Origin: Gemmatimonas sp.
Lineage (GTDB): Bacteria > Gemmatimonadota > Gemmatimonadetes > Gemmatimonadales > Gemmatimonadaceae
Length of the DNA stretch: 64,000 nt
Reading direction: 5' to 3'
NCBI GenBank assembly: GCA_031414535.1
Contig: JANNVQ010000014.1
Span: 64,001 to 128,000, forward strand
In this document: one piece after another, positions 49,107 to 58,895 of the stretch
Position numbering within the stretch: position 1 is the stretch's first letter
Layout: each line of letters starts with the position of its first letter
Notes under the pieces: generated by a model
Told to the model about the DNA's origin: nothing
What the model saw: the letters and a program-made list of their open reading frames with translations, nothing else
The model's database searches: none
Program-made: the position numbers and the translations under genes

Positions 49107-52100
49107 TCAGGCGTCGCTGCGGCGGCGCGCGGCCCATTCCTGATACAGCTCGTCGCGGCTTCGGAGGCCTGGCCGCGGGAGCGCGTGGTTCACCACATAC
49201 GTGGCGCCGGCGTGGGTGTTATCCCACATCGCTTGGTGCGCCTTAGGTAGATCTTCCCAAGGCACGACAGTTGGTTCGGTCACTTCGAGCTGGCCCGCAC
49301 CGATCATCTCGTTCATCCGCACCACCTCGTAGGCGTTGCAGAGGTGCGTGCCGGCAATAGTCGCCGTCGGCATCAGGATGCGACGCTGCCGCATCCAGAC
49401 TTGTGGGGCGTAGAAGGTGAAGCGGCGGCCCGCGAGATCCTCGCAGTACACCACGCGTCCCGTGAACGGCTTCACCAGCGATGTGCTCGCGGCGAGTGCA
49501 TCGTGGCCAGCGCGTTCGATGATGAGATCGGGATAGCCGCGCGGGTTATCCGCCGTACGCAGATACTTGCCGACCGCGCTGCCGAAAGGCTTCATCGTGC
49601 GCTCTTGGTAATCGCGCACGGCATCCTTGAAGGCCGCGGTCTCTTTCTTGGCGTCGGGCATCGGCGGCAAGGCGTCTGGCCAATCGAAGCCATCGCCCTC
49701 ACGGCGGCGAATTTCCTCGAGCGATACCACGCCCTTCACCGCATCGCCAAATCCCAGCGACTGCACGAACTCGCGTTGTGCGTCGGTGGCGGTTGCCACC
49801 ACGAGCCGGCCGCGCAACGCTCGCACAGCCTCAATGGCTTCAAGGCCAACAGGATCGAGCAGCGCGCCGTCGCCTACTCCATAGTAGAGCAACACAGCTT
49901 CGCCGGCACGCAGGCGCGCGCGGCGCAGCATGGCATCAGGTGTCGATGCGCCACGCTTACCCACGAACGAGAACCAATACCCGCTCGTCGCACCGTAAAA
50001 AGTGAGTGTGCCTCCCTCAGCGAGCATCTGGAAGCTGCGTGGGAAAGCTTCCTGCCCGGCGTGCGAGACTGCGTAATCAGCGAGTCCACCACCGTTCTGA
50101 TCGCGAAAGGCCTGCAAGAGCGGCTCACCGTCGCGCTCCCACTTGGCGATGCCCGCGGCGTCTGACGGCACGGGCGTGAACACCTTGGCCCAGCGCGCGT
50201 CCTTACGATCAATCGCCCCGGCCGCGCCCTGCGCCTTCACGAAGGCAGCACGTTCGGCGCTCGATACGAGGCCAACCGCTGAAAGTCCGTTGCGGGCCGC
50301 GCTCTTGAGCGCCTCAAGGCCGGTACCCGTCGCCGCACCTTCCACGAAGATGCGCTTACCGCTCTCCACCTGAAGCGTGGTGAACAGCGCACGCACGACT
50401 GTGCCCAAGTTGAGCACATAGGAGCCAGCGGCCTCCAGCGTCAGATCAGCCGGCAGATGATGCAACTGCGGCCCCTGCGTGAGCAAAAACTGTTGATGCG
50501 AGCCGGTGTCCGTCTCGTAGCCTTGAATGGAGAAGCCCGCGTACATTGGGTCGCGACCAGCGAGTGGAGACAGCAACTCACTCTGGCCGGAGTAAATGGT
50601 GACGAGGTCCCCAACCTTGAGACGGCCTTCCTTCTTGAGTTCGCCGCCCATCGCAGCGACGAGTCCTACGCCACCAGAGCCCGTGACCTGGTAGTCGAGG
50701 TCGTGATTCTCAAACGGCGACACCGGAATGCCCGTGATGGCCCAGATGTCATTGAAGTTCACTTCCGACGCGAGCACGTACACGAGCGCTTCGTTGGGCC
50801 CAGGTGTGGGCACAGGCGCGACGATCTCACGCTCTTTTTCCCGCGGCAGGCCGTGGTCCGGCGCACCGGTGCGCGCGTCGCGCACCACAGCGTGACCAAA
50901 CTGCCAACGAGGCACCGGCGTGAGTCCCGGGAAGAATGGCGCGCCCACGGGGAGCAAGTCACCACTGGAAATCAGCGCCTCACGCACGGCACCGTGTGGC
51001 GTGGTATCGCGATGCGTGGGAAGAGCTGCGCTGCGTTTGTCTTGGAACGCTTGGATGCCCGCCTTGCCGCCGTCGGGATCAACCACGGCTTCGGCAAAGA
51101 GTCGCGCTTCGCGCTCGAGACCCGCATCAATGCCCCGCGTCCACCCGGTGCGCACGGCATCAACGATACGGGCAGCTACTGCCCCGCGACCCACCACATC
51201 TGCCTGCGCGAGCAAGCGTCGCACTTCGGGATCATGCAGCGCCGCATTCAAGTCATCACCACCCGGACCCTGCCAAGCACGCGCCGCCGCACGACGCGCC
51301 GCAAAGGTCCTGGCAACTAAGCCGCTACCCTTTTCATCACGCACATACTCAGCGGCCAAGCGCACCGCGAGCGTGAGCACGTCTTCTGAGTCAGAGGCCA
51401 GCGCGTGCACGAGGCCGTCGGCGCTCATCGCGTCGGCGTCCTGCGTGCGCCCACCGATGATGATCTCTAGCGCTCGTACGAGCGGATGCGCGTGCTTCGC
51501 AGTCTCAAGCAAACGCGGAAGTCGCTGCGTGCCGCCATAGCCGGGCAACAAATTGAGTCGCACCTCTGGCTGACCGAAGCTCGCCGAGGACTCTGCCACA
51601 CGCACGTGACAGGCCATGGCGAACTCCATGCCTCCGCCGAGCGCCACACCATTAATCGCGGCGATGGCCGGCTTGTTCATCGCTTCAATCTTGCGAAACG
51701 CGAGCTGTGCGTTGTTAGGCAGAGGAAGCGCTTCTTCAATCGTGCGCACTTCCTCGAGAAGCTGACGGATATCCGCACCTGCCACGAAACTCGCCGTACC
51801 CTGCCCCGTGAAGATCACAGCCTTCACATCCTCGCGACGCGCGACGTGGTCCACCACGATGTTGAGTTCGTCGAGCGCACGCTCGTTGAGCGCGTTCACC
51901 GGCGGATTATTAATGGTCACGACCGCAAGACGCGCCGTGTCGGACAGCGGATGATACAGAATGCGGAAGTAGCGGTAGTCCTCAAACAGGCGCTGCTCGT
52001 CGGCCACCTTCTGCCGCTCGAGCCAGTCCGCCACCACTCGGCGCAATTCCGGAATGCACTCAGGATTGCGCAGCGTTGAGGTATCGCCTACGTCTTCACC

Positions 52101-54605
52101 ATCCACGATAGCGCGCACCATCCGACGCATATACTTGCCGCTGCGCGTCTCCGGAAACTGGGAGACTTCAATGAAGTCTTCCGGTACCGCCGTGGGGCCC
52201 TTCTCTTGGCGCACGGTCTCAATGAGGCGACGGCGATCATCGCTCGTGAGCTTGCGGCCCGGCGCGGGCTTCACGAACGCCAGCGGCGTGAGCCCCTTCT
52301 GCGCATGCGGGGCGCCGACGACAATCACATTGCCCACGGGTGAATCGGGATTCACCTGCTTGTCGCGCAGGATAGCGCCTTCAATCTCTTCTGTGCCGAG
52401 CCGGTGGCCAGACACGTTGATTACGTCGTCTGAACGGCCGTGCAGCGAGAAGCCGCCGTCTGCGTACTTTACCGCAAAGTCGCCCTGCGTGTAGGCAAAG
52501 CGGCCCTGCCAGCGCGTCCAGTAGGTGCTGCGGTAGCGATCAAAATCACCGCGCCAGCTCTTGGACACCGCGTGCCCATCAACCTTAAAGCCTTCGGCGT
52601 CGCCCCAGATGGTGCGCGCCAAATACGGATACGGCGCCGCAATGACAATCTCGCCCTTCTCGCCGATCTCGGCGGGACGTGGCTTGAGACGGCCCTCGGC
52701 ATCAGGCTCGCTATCCGGCAACCACACATCGCCCTGCACCCACGGCAGAGGATACGTGTGGGCATCGGCGCGCAGCGGGAAATCGGCGTTGCCAAACAAA
52801 TGCGTCCACACGATGCCGCCGTGCTCGGTGGCCCAATACGAATTGATGTACCAGGGCGTCACGAGCTCCATGCCAAACTGCTGCACGCTCGGCGACGTGG
52901 GCTCGGCGCAGAAGGTCGCCACACGCAGCGAGTCGAGCGCGTATTGCTTGACGTCCGCCACGTTCTGCGGATCCGTCATCACCGTCTTCAAGAAGGTCAC
53001 GCCCGCCTTGAAGATCTTCACACCGTAGCGCTCAATCATGCTCGCGAAGCGGCCGGCGCTCGGGAATACCGGCGCGCCTTCGCCAATCACCGAGGTCACG
53101 CGCGAGGACAGCGCAGCGCAGATCATATAGCTCTGGCCCGTGATCCAACCGGGATCGGCCACCACGTACATCACATCGCCCGGCTGCGCATCGAAGGCAA
53201 CCTTCATCGTATGTGTGAGGCCGGCCACGTAGCCGCCGTGGACGTGCACGACGCCCTTGGGCTTGCCGGTGGAGCCGGAGGTATAGATGAAGAAGAGCGG
53301 AAACTCCGCGTCCACCACAGCCGGCGCCGACGAGGCCCAGACGGCTTCCACCAACGCACGGTCATCGAGCGCGAGCAGGTCTGCCTCGCTCGCAACATTC
53401 GCGCCGGCGCGCCGTGCCTGCTCCACAACGTGCGCGAGCGCCTTCGCGGTAAGTTCGTGCGCCCACTGGTCACGCTCGGCGCGCCAAACAATATCCGTCT
53501 GTGCCGTATGACGCACCACAATCACCGCACGCACCCGGGCCGGCGTGGCAACGAGCGCTGAGGCGATAGCGGTGCGAATGCGCGAGGCTTCGGCGGAGCT
53601 GAGGGCGGTGAAGGCCTCAAGTGCGAGACCCACGCCGCGCATCACATCCGAGCGCTCGAGCGTGATTTCACCGCGTACAGCGCTGGCCGCACCATCGAGA
53701 ATGGCGCTGGCCAAAGCGGTATCCAGCTTCAAGGACTCAACAGCGGCGCGCACAGTAGCCGCGGCAACCTCGGCCGGTACGTAATTGTCGAGCGCTGGGT
53801 CCGTATACACTTCCTTGAACGGCACCACCTGCGCGTTGCGATATCCACCATCGGCCGTGATGACCACGGACGCGCCCGCATTGTGAATGCGGTCGGAGAG
53901 CGTCTTGTCGGAGAAGCCGCCAAACACCGGCGTGTACACTACACCGAGTCGCTTGCAGGCCTCAGTCCAGAACACTTGCTCCGGAATGTTTGGCATGTTG
54001 ATGGCCACGCGGTCCCCGCGCTCGACGCCAAGATTGCGCAGCGCGATGGCGCACTTGGCCGTCTCGAGCAGGAGGCGCTTACGGCTGACCGCGAAGGACA
54101 CCACCGGGCCGCCGCGGCCACCATCGAGCGACTGGTCCCATCTGTCTCCTTCGAAGAGCAGCGCGGCTTCGCTGCCGTGGCCGGCCAAAACGTGGCGATC
54201 TACTTCATTAAAGCAGGCGTTGGTGAGACCGCCGGAAAACCAGCGGTAAAACGGGGCTTCGCTGTCGTCGAAGGCGCGATGCCAAGGAGTCCAGTCGGCC
54301 GCGAGCGAGGCTTCAACTTGAGCGCCAGTGCGGGCGTCGTAGCCGGCCCAACGGGAGCTCGTATCGTCCCAAGAGATCCAGGCACCGTGCATGCCCACAT
54401 CTGGTGCAAACCAATGGATTTCGCGGCTGGCGATGGCACCGTGATAGGCGCCTGGATCGGCGAGCACTTGAGCCCGCTGCGCGTCCCATTCGGCACGGCT
54501 ACGGATTGGGTTCACCAGGGCCAACGGCGGGGTGATGTCTGGCGCCGTGCCCGCAGCGTCCGCTGGTGCGGAACGAGAATTTCCCGTGCTAGTGCGCATC
54601 TGCAC
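49107..54605 (-). CDS. pcs: Trifunctional propionyl-CoA synthase (3-HP-CoA ligase + dehydratase + acrylyl-CoA reductase)
   Basis: 1832 aa. ACS domain: YTSGSTGKPKG, SYWATEHGG, PETRSGKYMRR. Crotonase: FVAGADI, ALGGGME, FGQPE. Reductase: EVNFNDIW, GAATGTG, QVWMRQRRI. Confidence 0.96.
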   Translation of the reverse strand: MQMRTSTGNSRSAPADAAGTAPDITPPLALVNPIRSRAEWDAQRAQVLADPGAYHGAIASREIHWFAPDVGMHGAWISWDDTSSRWAGYDARTGAQVEASLAADWTPWHRAFDDSEAPFYRWFSGGLTNACFNEVDRHVLAGHGSEAALLFEGDRWDQSLDGGRGGPVVSFAVSRKRLLLETAKCAIALRNLGVERGDRVAINMPNIPEQVFWTEACKRLGVVYTPVFGGFSDKTLSDRIHNAGASVVITADGGYRNAQVVPFKEVYTDPALDNYVPAEVAAATVRAAVESLKLDTALASAILDGAASAVRGEITLERSDVMRGVGLALEAFTALSSAEASRIRTAIASALVATPARVRAVIVVRHTAQTDIVWRAERDQWAHELTAKALAHVVEQARRAGANVASEADLLALDDRALVEAVWASSAPAVVDAEFPLFFIYTSGSTGKPKGVVHVHGGYVAGLTHTMKVAFDAQPGDVMYVVADPGWITGQSYMICAALSSRVTSVIGEGAPVFPSAGRFASMIERYGVKIFKAGVTFLKTVMTDPQNVADVKQYALDSLRVATFCAEPTSPSVQQFGMELVTPWYINSYWATEHGGIVWTHLFGNADFPLRADAHTYPLPWVQGDVWLPDSEPDAEGRLKPRPAEIGEKGEIVIAAPYPYLARTIWGDAEGFKVDGHAVSKSWRGDFDRYRSTYWTRWQGRFAYTQGDFAVKYADGGFSLHGRSDDVINVSGHRLGTEEIEGAILRDKQVNPDSPVGNVIVVGAPHAQKGLTPLAFVKPAPGRKLTSDDRRRLIETVRQEKGPTAVPEDFIEVSQFPETRSGKYMRRMVRAIVDGEDVGDTSTLRNPECIPELRRVVADWLERQKVADEQRLFEDYRYFRILYHPLSDTARLAVVTINNPPVNALNERALDELNIVVDHVARREDVKAVIFTGQGTASFVAGADIRQLLEEVRTIEEALPLPNNAQLAFRKIEAMNKPAIAAINGVALGGGMEFAMACHVRVAESSASFGQPEVRLNLLPGYGGTQRLPRLLETAKHAHPLVRALEIIIGGRTQDADAMSADGLVHALASDSEDVLTLAVRLAAEYVRDEKGSGLVARTFAARRAAARAWQGPGGDDLNAALHDPEVRRLLAQADVVGRGAVAARIVDAVRTGWTRGIDAGLEREARLFAEAVVDPDGGKAGIQAFQDKRSAALPTHRDTTPHGAVREALISSGDLLPVGAPFFPGLTPVPRWQFGHAVVRDARTGAPDHGLPREKEREIVAPVPTPGPNEALVYVLASEVNFNDIWAITGIPVSPFENHDLDYQVTGSGGVGLVAAMGGELKKEGRLKVGDLVTIYSGQSELLSPLAGRDPMYAGFSIQGYETDTGSHQQFLLTQGPQLHHLPADLTLEAAGSYVLNLGTVVRALFTTLQVESGKRIFVEGAATGTGLEALKSAARNGLSAVGLVSSAERAAFVKAQGAAGAIDRKDARWAKVFTPVPSDAAGIAKWERDGEPLLQAFRDQNGGGLADYAVSHAGQEAFPRSFQMLAEGGTLTFYGATSGYWFSFVGKRGASTPDAMLRRARLRAGEAVLLYYGVGDGALLDPVGLEAIEAVRALRGRLVVATATDAQREFVQSLGFGDAVKGVVSLEEIRRREGDGFDWPDALPPMPDAKKETAAFKDAVRDYQERTMKPFGSAVGKYLRTADNPRGYPDLIIERAGHDALAASTSLVKPFTGRVVYCEDLAGRRFTFYAPQVWMRQRRILMPTATIAGTHLCNAYEVVRMNEMIGAGQLEVTEPTVVPWEDLPKAHQAMWDNTHAGATYVVNHALPRPGLRSRDELYQEWAARRRSDA

Positions 54606-54805
54606 TCACGACGACGTGGCGAACGCGTGACTCCGGCCTTGTGCTACCAAACCGGACACTGGGGGGTTGGGGGAAGTTATGCGCCGCGCTCCGAGTCACC
54701 AGCTACCCGAATGGGTTGGGTGGTTTGGGCACCACCGAGCCGGTTCGAGCATTCAAATGGGCTGTGGCGCAGCCACAACATTTCACCCGTTCCGTACACA
54801 TCGTC

Positions 54806-56194
54806 ATGCGCTCCTTACTCCGCCGAGTTCTCGCGGCCGCTCTTATCAGCCCCCTCGTTCTCTCAGCTCAAGAACCCAGTCGCGCCGGCGGACCGCCTGC
54901 CGGGGTAGCTGCCCAGCGTCCTGCCGGGCCCGATTCCTCGACGCTGCAGTCGCAGGCCATCCGGGTCTTCCTCGACTGTCAGGGCCGAGCCCGTGGCTGC
55001 GACCGCGACTTTCTCGTCACGGAAATCAACTTCGTGAACTGGATGCGCGACCGCTTCGACGCCGACGTGCAAATTCTGGCCCAGGCCCTCACGAACGGCG
55101 GTGGCGGGATTGAGTACACGATCACCTTCATCGGTCGGAATCGCTTTGAGGGGATGACGGACACGCTCAAGCTGAACACGCTGCCGAACGACGCTGACGA
55201 TCGCATTCGCCGCGAGCTCGCGCGCGTCTTCAAGCTTGGGCTCACGCGCTATGTGGCCCGCTCGCCGATCGCCTCGCGTTTGCAGGTGGCCTACACCGCG
55301 CCCTTTGGTGGGCAGCGCGGTCAGGTGGCGGCATCAAATCTGCAGGACCGGTGGAACCTCTGGACCTACACCACGAACCTCAACACCTTCGTGCGCGCCG
55401 AGGAGAGGCAGCGGGTGGTAACCGGGTCGCTGGCGTTCTCGGCAAATCGCTCCACTGCCGAATGGAAGCTCAACTTCTCCATTAGCGGCAACATTGACGA
55501 GCGGAAGTTCAAGATTCCGGCGAGCACCACGCGCCCCGCGTTCACGGTCACCAACGAGCAGCGCACGTACAACCTCAACTCGCTGATGGTGCGCTCGCTC
55601 TCGGATCACTGGTCGGCCGGCCTCAAGTTGGGCGCAGGCTATTCAGACTTTCTCAATCAGGATGCGGCAATCCGGGCGCAGCCAGCCGTCGAGTACAATG
55701 TGTTCCCCTGGACGGAGCAGACGCGGCGCCAGTTTACCATTTTGTACAACATCGGCCCCAACTTCTACGACTACCAGCGCGAAACCGTGTTTGGCGAGAC
55801 CTCGGAAGTCCGCTTCTCTCAGCAGCTGACGACGTCGTACGTGGCGCGCCAGCAGTGGGGTACGCTCAACCTCTCGCTGGACTGGCTGAACTACCTGCAC
55901 GATTTCAACCGTCACGCGCTGACCTTCACGACCAACGCCGACCTGCGCTTGGGCCGCGGTTTTTCGCTCAATATCAACGGCTCGGCCGCTCGCGTGCGCG
56001 ACCAAATCTACCTGCCAGCCGCCGGCAACACCGAAGAGGAGATTCTCCTCAGCCGTCAGGCGCTTCAGACCGGCTTTCGCATCGAAACGAGAATCGGCGT
56101 GCGCTACACGTTCGGCTCGATCTACAACACTATCGTAAACCAGCGTTTCAGCTCGCTGGGCTCAAGCGGCGGTCGCTTCCAGTTCTTCTTCTAG
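54806..56194 (+). CDS. Putative outer-membrane beta-barrel protein
   Basis: Signal peptide from ATG 54806, VFLDC..CD N-terminal domain, amphipathic strands, GSIYNTIVNQRF, terminal Phe. Confidence 0.7.
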   Translation: MRSLLRRVLAAALISPLVLSAQEPSRAGGPPAGVAAQRPAGPDSSTLQSQAIRVFLDCQGRARGCDRDFLVTEINFVNWMRDRFDADVQILAQALTNGGGGIEYTITFIGRNRFEGMTDTLKLNTLPNDADDRIRRELARVFKLGLTRYVARSPIASRLQVAYTAPFGGQRGQVAASNLQDRWNLWTYTTNLNTFVRAEERQRVVTGSLAFSANRSTAEWKLNFSISGNIDERKFKIPASTTRPAFTVTNEQRTYNLNSLMVRSLSDHWSAGLKLGAGYSDFLNQDAAIRAQPAVEYNVFPWTEQTRRQFTILYNIGPNFYDYQRETVFGETSEVRFSQQLTTSYVARQQWGTLNLSLDWLNYLHDFNRHALTFTTNADLRLGRGFSLNINGSAARVRDQIYLPAAGNTEEEILLSRQALQTGFRIETRIGVRYTFGSIYNTIVNQRFSSLGSSGGRFQFFF

Positions 56195-56210
56195 AAGTAC
56201 CAACAGTGAA

Positions 56211-56251
56211 AAAGACGGTCCGCCACGATTGCTTCGTGGCGGACCGTCTTT
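56211..56251. terminator. Bidirectional intrinsic terminator
   Basis: AAAGACGGTCCGCCACGA-ttgct-TCGTGGCGGACCGTCTTT: perfect 18-bp stem with A/T tails between convergent genes. Confidence 0.9.
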
Positions 56252-56276
56252 GCATTCACAGGCTCTTGCGAGTCGC

Positions 56277-57989
56277 TTACTGCTTGGTCGTGGCGGTTGC
56301 GTTTGGCTTCGCTGTTCCCTCAGCGGGCGCATCTTCATCGGTCAGCTTTCCAAAGGCGCCTGGCAACTCTACGCCCGCGATGTCGCGCAGCACGTTCATC
56401 ATCGGAGGCAGGGTGCCGGCCATGCTCTGTAGAAATCCGCTTGCTCCGCCTTTCCCACCCTGGCCCGAATCCCACACCACGACCTTATCGAACTTGATGT
56501 TGGAAATAGCCTTGGCTGAAGTCTCAGCGAGTGTGTCGAGATGCTCCACCATCATGAGCTGGAACGCCTCCTTGGCGCCGCCGGCGGCCGCGACCAGCTC
56601 CTTCATCGCCTCAGCCTTGCGCGACATGATCTCGTATTGGCCCCGAGCCTCCGCCTCCAGCTTCGCGTAGATGGCACCGGCCTCGGCCTGCGCCTGAATC
56701 CGTACGCGTTCGGCGTCCGCTTCAGCCTCGACGATTATCTGAGCCTTTTGTGCCTTCGCACTCGCCTCAAGCTTTGCGCGCTGCTCCGCCTCAACACGTT
56801 CTGCATCGGCGAGCGCCGCGCGCGCCATAGCCCGGAAACCCGCTTCCTGCACCGCCGCCTCCGCTTCGCGCTTGCGTGTCTCGGCAAGCTGGTACGATTC
56901 CGCTTCTTTCACAACCAGGGTAGCGCGAGTGGCCGCAACCAAGGCCTGCGAGGCAGCTTCACCTTCAATAGCCTTGGCTTCCGCGTCGGCCACAGCCACG
57001 CGGCGCTGGCGCTCAGCGTCCTTGATCTGCGCGTCACGTTCGAAGGCCGCACGCTGCTCGCCGATCTGTTGGTCGCGGTCTAGTTCCGCGATGCGTACCG
57101 CTTGCTGGCGCTCCGCTTCCTTCACGAGCGCTTCGCGCTGCAACGCCGCAGTCTGTTCGCCAACAGCCTGCTCCTTTTCGACTTCGGCAATGCGTACGAG
57201 CTTATCGCGATCCGCTTCGCGAATGCCGATCTCGCGGAACTTGCCAGCGTTCGCCACTTGCACGGCGCGCTCGCGCTCGGCCTCCGCCACGCGGACCTCG
57301 CCGAGCTTCTCTTGGTCGGCCACGTCGCCGCGCGCCTGCTGAACGGCCATTGCAGCTGCCTTCTTGCCAATGGCTTCGATGTAGCCGGAATCGTCCTTCA
57401 AGTCCGTGATGTTCACGTTGATTAGGACGAGGCCAATCTTCTTCAGCTCCGGCTCGAGCGACATCTGGATGCGCTGGAGGAAGCCCTCGCGATCGCGATT
57501 GATTTCCTCAATGCGCATCGAAGCGATCACCTGGCGCAGCTGGCCAAAGATGATGTCCTGCGCTTGACGCTTGATGGCCTCGTGGGCGAGACCGAGAAGC
57601 CGGATCGCTGCGTTGCTGCGAATGTCCGCTTCGGTACCGATGGCAACCGTGAATACGGAGGGCACGGCCACGCGGATATTCTCGAGCGAGAGCGCATCCT
57701 TGAGAGGAATGTCAATCTGGATTGGCTCCAAGCTGAGATATGCATATTCCTGAATGACGGGCCACACGAATGCGCCGCCGCCAGAGATGCAGCGCGCCGC
57801 ACCGTCCCCTCCTACGCGGCCCGAAATCACCAGCACCTTGTTCGCCGGGCAGCGGCGATAGCGCGAGACGAAGAGCACAACGAGGCCACCGACCGAGAGC
57901 GCGGCGACCGCGGGAAGGACGACACCAAGCATGCTGGTATTCTCCAGCATGTTGCCGAGTTGCAACAAGAGTCCGCTACCGCTGAGCAT
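56277..57989 (-). CDS. Flotillin/SPFH-domain protein
   Basis: N-terminal TM, SRYRRCP, GGGAFVWP, IFGQLR, LINVNITD, long AEA-rich coiled coil, DKVVVWD. Start uncertain (ATG 57989). Confidence 0.9.
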   Translation of the reverse strand: MLSGSGLLLQLGNMLENTSMLGVVLPAVAALSVGGLVVLFVSRYRRCPANKVLVISGRVGGDGAARCISGGGAFVWPVIQEYAYLSLEPIQIDIPLKDALSLENIRVAVPSVFTVAIGTEADIRSNAAIRLLGLAHEAIKRQAQDIIFGQLRQVIASMRIEEINRDREGFLQRIQMSLEPELKKIGLVLINVNITDLKDDSGYIEAIGKKAAAMAVQQARGDVADQEKLGEVRVAEAERERAVQVANAGKFREIGIREADRDKLVRIAEVEKEQAVGEQTAALQREALVKEAERQQAVRIAELDRDQQIGEQRAAFERDAQIKDAERQRRVAVADAEAKAIEGEAASQALVAATRATLVVKEAESYQLAETRKREAEAAVQEAGFRAMARAALADAERVEAEQRAKLEASAKAQKAQIIVEAEADAERVRIQAQAEAGAIYAKLEAEARGQYEIMSRKAEAMKELVAAAGGAKEAFQLMMVEHLDTLAETSAKAISNIKFDKVVVWDSGQGGKGGASGFLQSMAGTLPPMMNVLRDIAGVELPGAFGKLTDEDAPAEGTAKPNATATTKQ

Positions 57990-58521
57990 CACTGTCCCCG
58001 TGAATGAGTGGGCTACGACCAACCAAGACCGTATCGTGTGAGAGGGTGTCGACCACCCAGACTTGTGCGCCCGACGGAATCGATTCCTCCGCGGTCATCG
58101 CGGCAAGTTCGAGGAACCGTGAGTGGGCGGTGAGGTGCACCTTGCCCACGCCCGCGCGGGCGCCGGGGATCGGCAGAGCGACTTGCGCCGCCACTCCGAT
58201 GGTCATTCCAATCTGAAAGCTCTTATCAAGGTCGAGGCGGCGCATCCGCATCGTGAGCCACGCGATGCCGAATGCGGCCCCGGCGCCTACTACAATGGCA
58301 ATTGGGAGCGCGAGTAAACCCGGCACTCCCCATTGCACGAGACCTAGGCCGGCACCACCGAGTCCGGCGGCCGCGGCCGATAGGGCTCTGACCGTAAAAA
58401 GGTCGAGGCCGTCGCTGACATCCGATTCGAAATCGTCCCCGACGCCGAAGACGCCAAGCACGAACTGAATCACGATAACGCCGGTCCCCAGAGCGAAGAG
58501 TGTTAAAAAGAAGGCCGTCAC
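57976..58521 (-). CDS. NfeD-like membrane protein
   Basis: GTG 58521 with AAGGAG RBS, about 3 TM segments plus a C-terminal OB-like domain, directly upstream of flotillin. Confidence 0.75.
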   Translation of the reverse strand: MTAFFLTLFALGTGVIVIQFVLGVFGVGDDFESDVSDGLDLFTVRALSAAAAGLGGAGLGLVQWGVPGLLALPIAIVVGAGAAFGIAWLTMRMRRLDLDKSFQIGMTIGVAAQVALPIPGARAGVGKVHLTAHSRFLELAAMTAEESIPSGAQVWVVDTLSHDTVLVGRSPLIHGDSDAQR

Positions 58522-58659
58522 ATCGTCTCCTTGAGGGAAGGTAAATCTGGAAACCCGCACGGGGATTTGGCTAGCCTCGCGATGGATGTGCTCGAGGCAG
58601 AGTCCCCGGTTACGTTCAGACGAGGTCCGGATAGAGTACAAACTCCCGGGAGTAAGGCA

Positions 58660-58821
58660 ATGAAGAAGCTGCTCGTGTTCGTGGGTTCCACTCTCGGCAG
58701 CTACACCGGCTGGTGGCTCGGCGAGGACTTCGGCTTCATGACGGCCTTCATTCTTAGCATGGTCGGCCTAGGCGTCGGAATGTGGCTCGGCGCCCGCTAC
58801 GCCCAGCGCTACGACGGATAG
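58660..58821 (+). CDS. Small (53 aa) two-helix Gly-rich membrane protein
   Basis: MKKLLVFVGSTLGSYTGWWLGEDFGFMTAFILSMVGLGVGMWLGARYAQRYDG; GGAG/AAGG upstream. Confidence 0.65.
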   Translation: MKKLLVFVGSTLGSYTGWWLGEDFGFMTAFILSMVGLGVGMWLGARYAQRYDG

Positions 58822-58841
58822 CCACGCCGAGGACAGCTGTC

Positions 58842-58866
58842 ACTTTGTAGTACCAAGTACTTGACA
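58842..58866 (+). promoter_or_regulatory. Imperfect palindrome ACTTTG-N5-CCAAGT next to a TTGACA -35 box
   Basis: Palindrome at 58842-58858 and TTGACA at 58861-58866, upstream of the membrane protein-wHTH-uppS operon. Confidence 0.5.
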
Positions 58867-58895
58867 GCAGGCGACGCGAACGGCATCCTCAGGGC

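Noticed and set aside
38320..54800. 3-HP cluster as a mobile genomic island
   Set aside because: No integrase, transposase, tRNA or flanking direct repeats are seen, and there is no obvious compositional shift by eye; any transfer would be old.
54606..54805. G-rich tracts upstream of pcs as a riboswitch or G-quadruplex
   Set aside because: No recognisable riboswitch consensus; the G-runs are irregular and unremarkable at this GC content.
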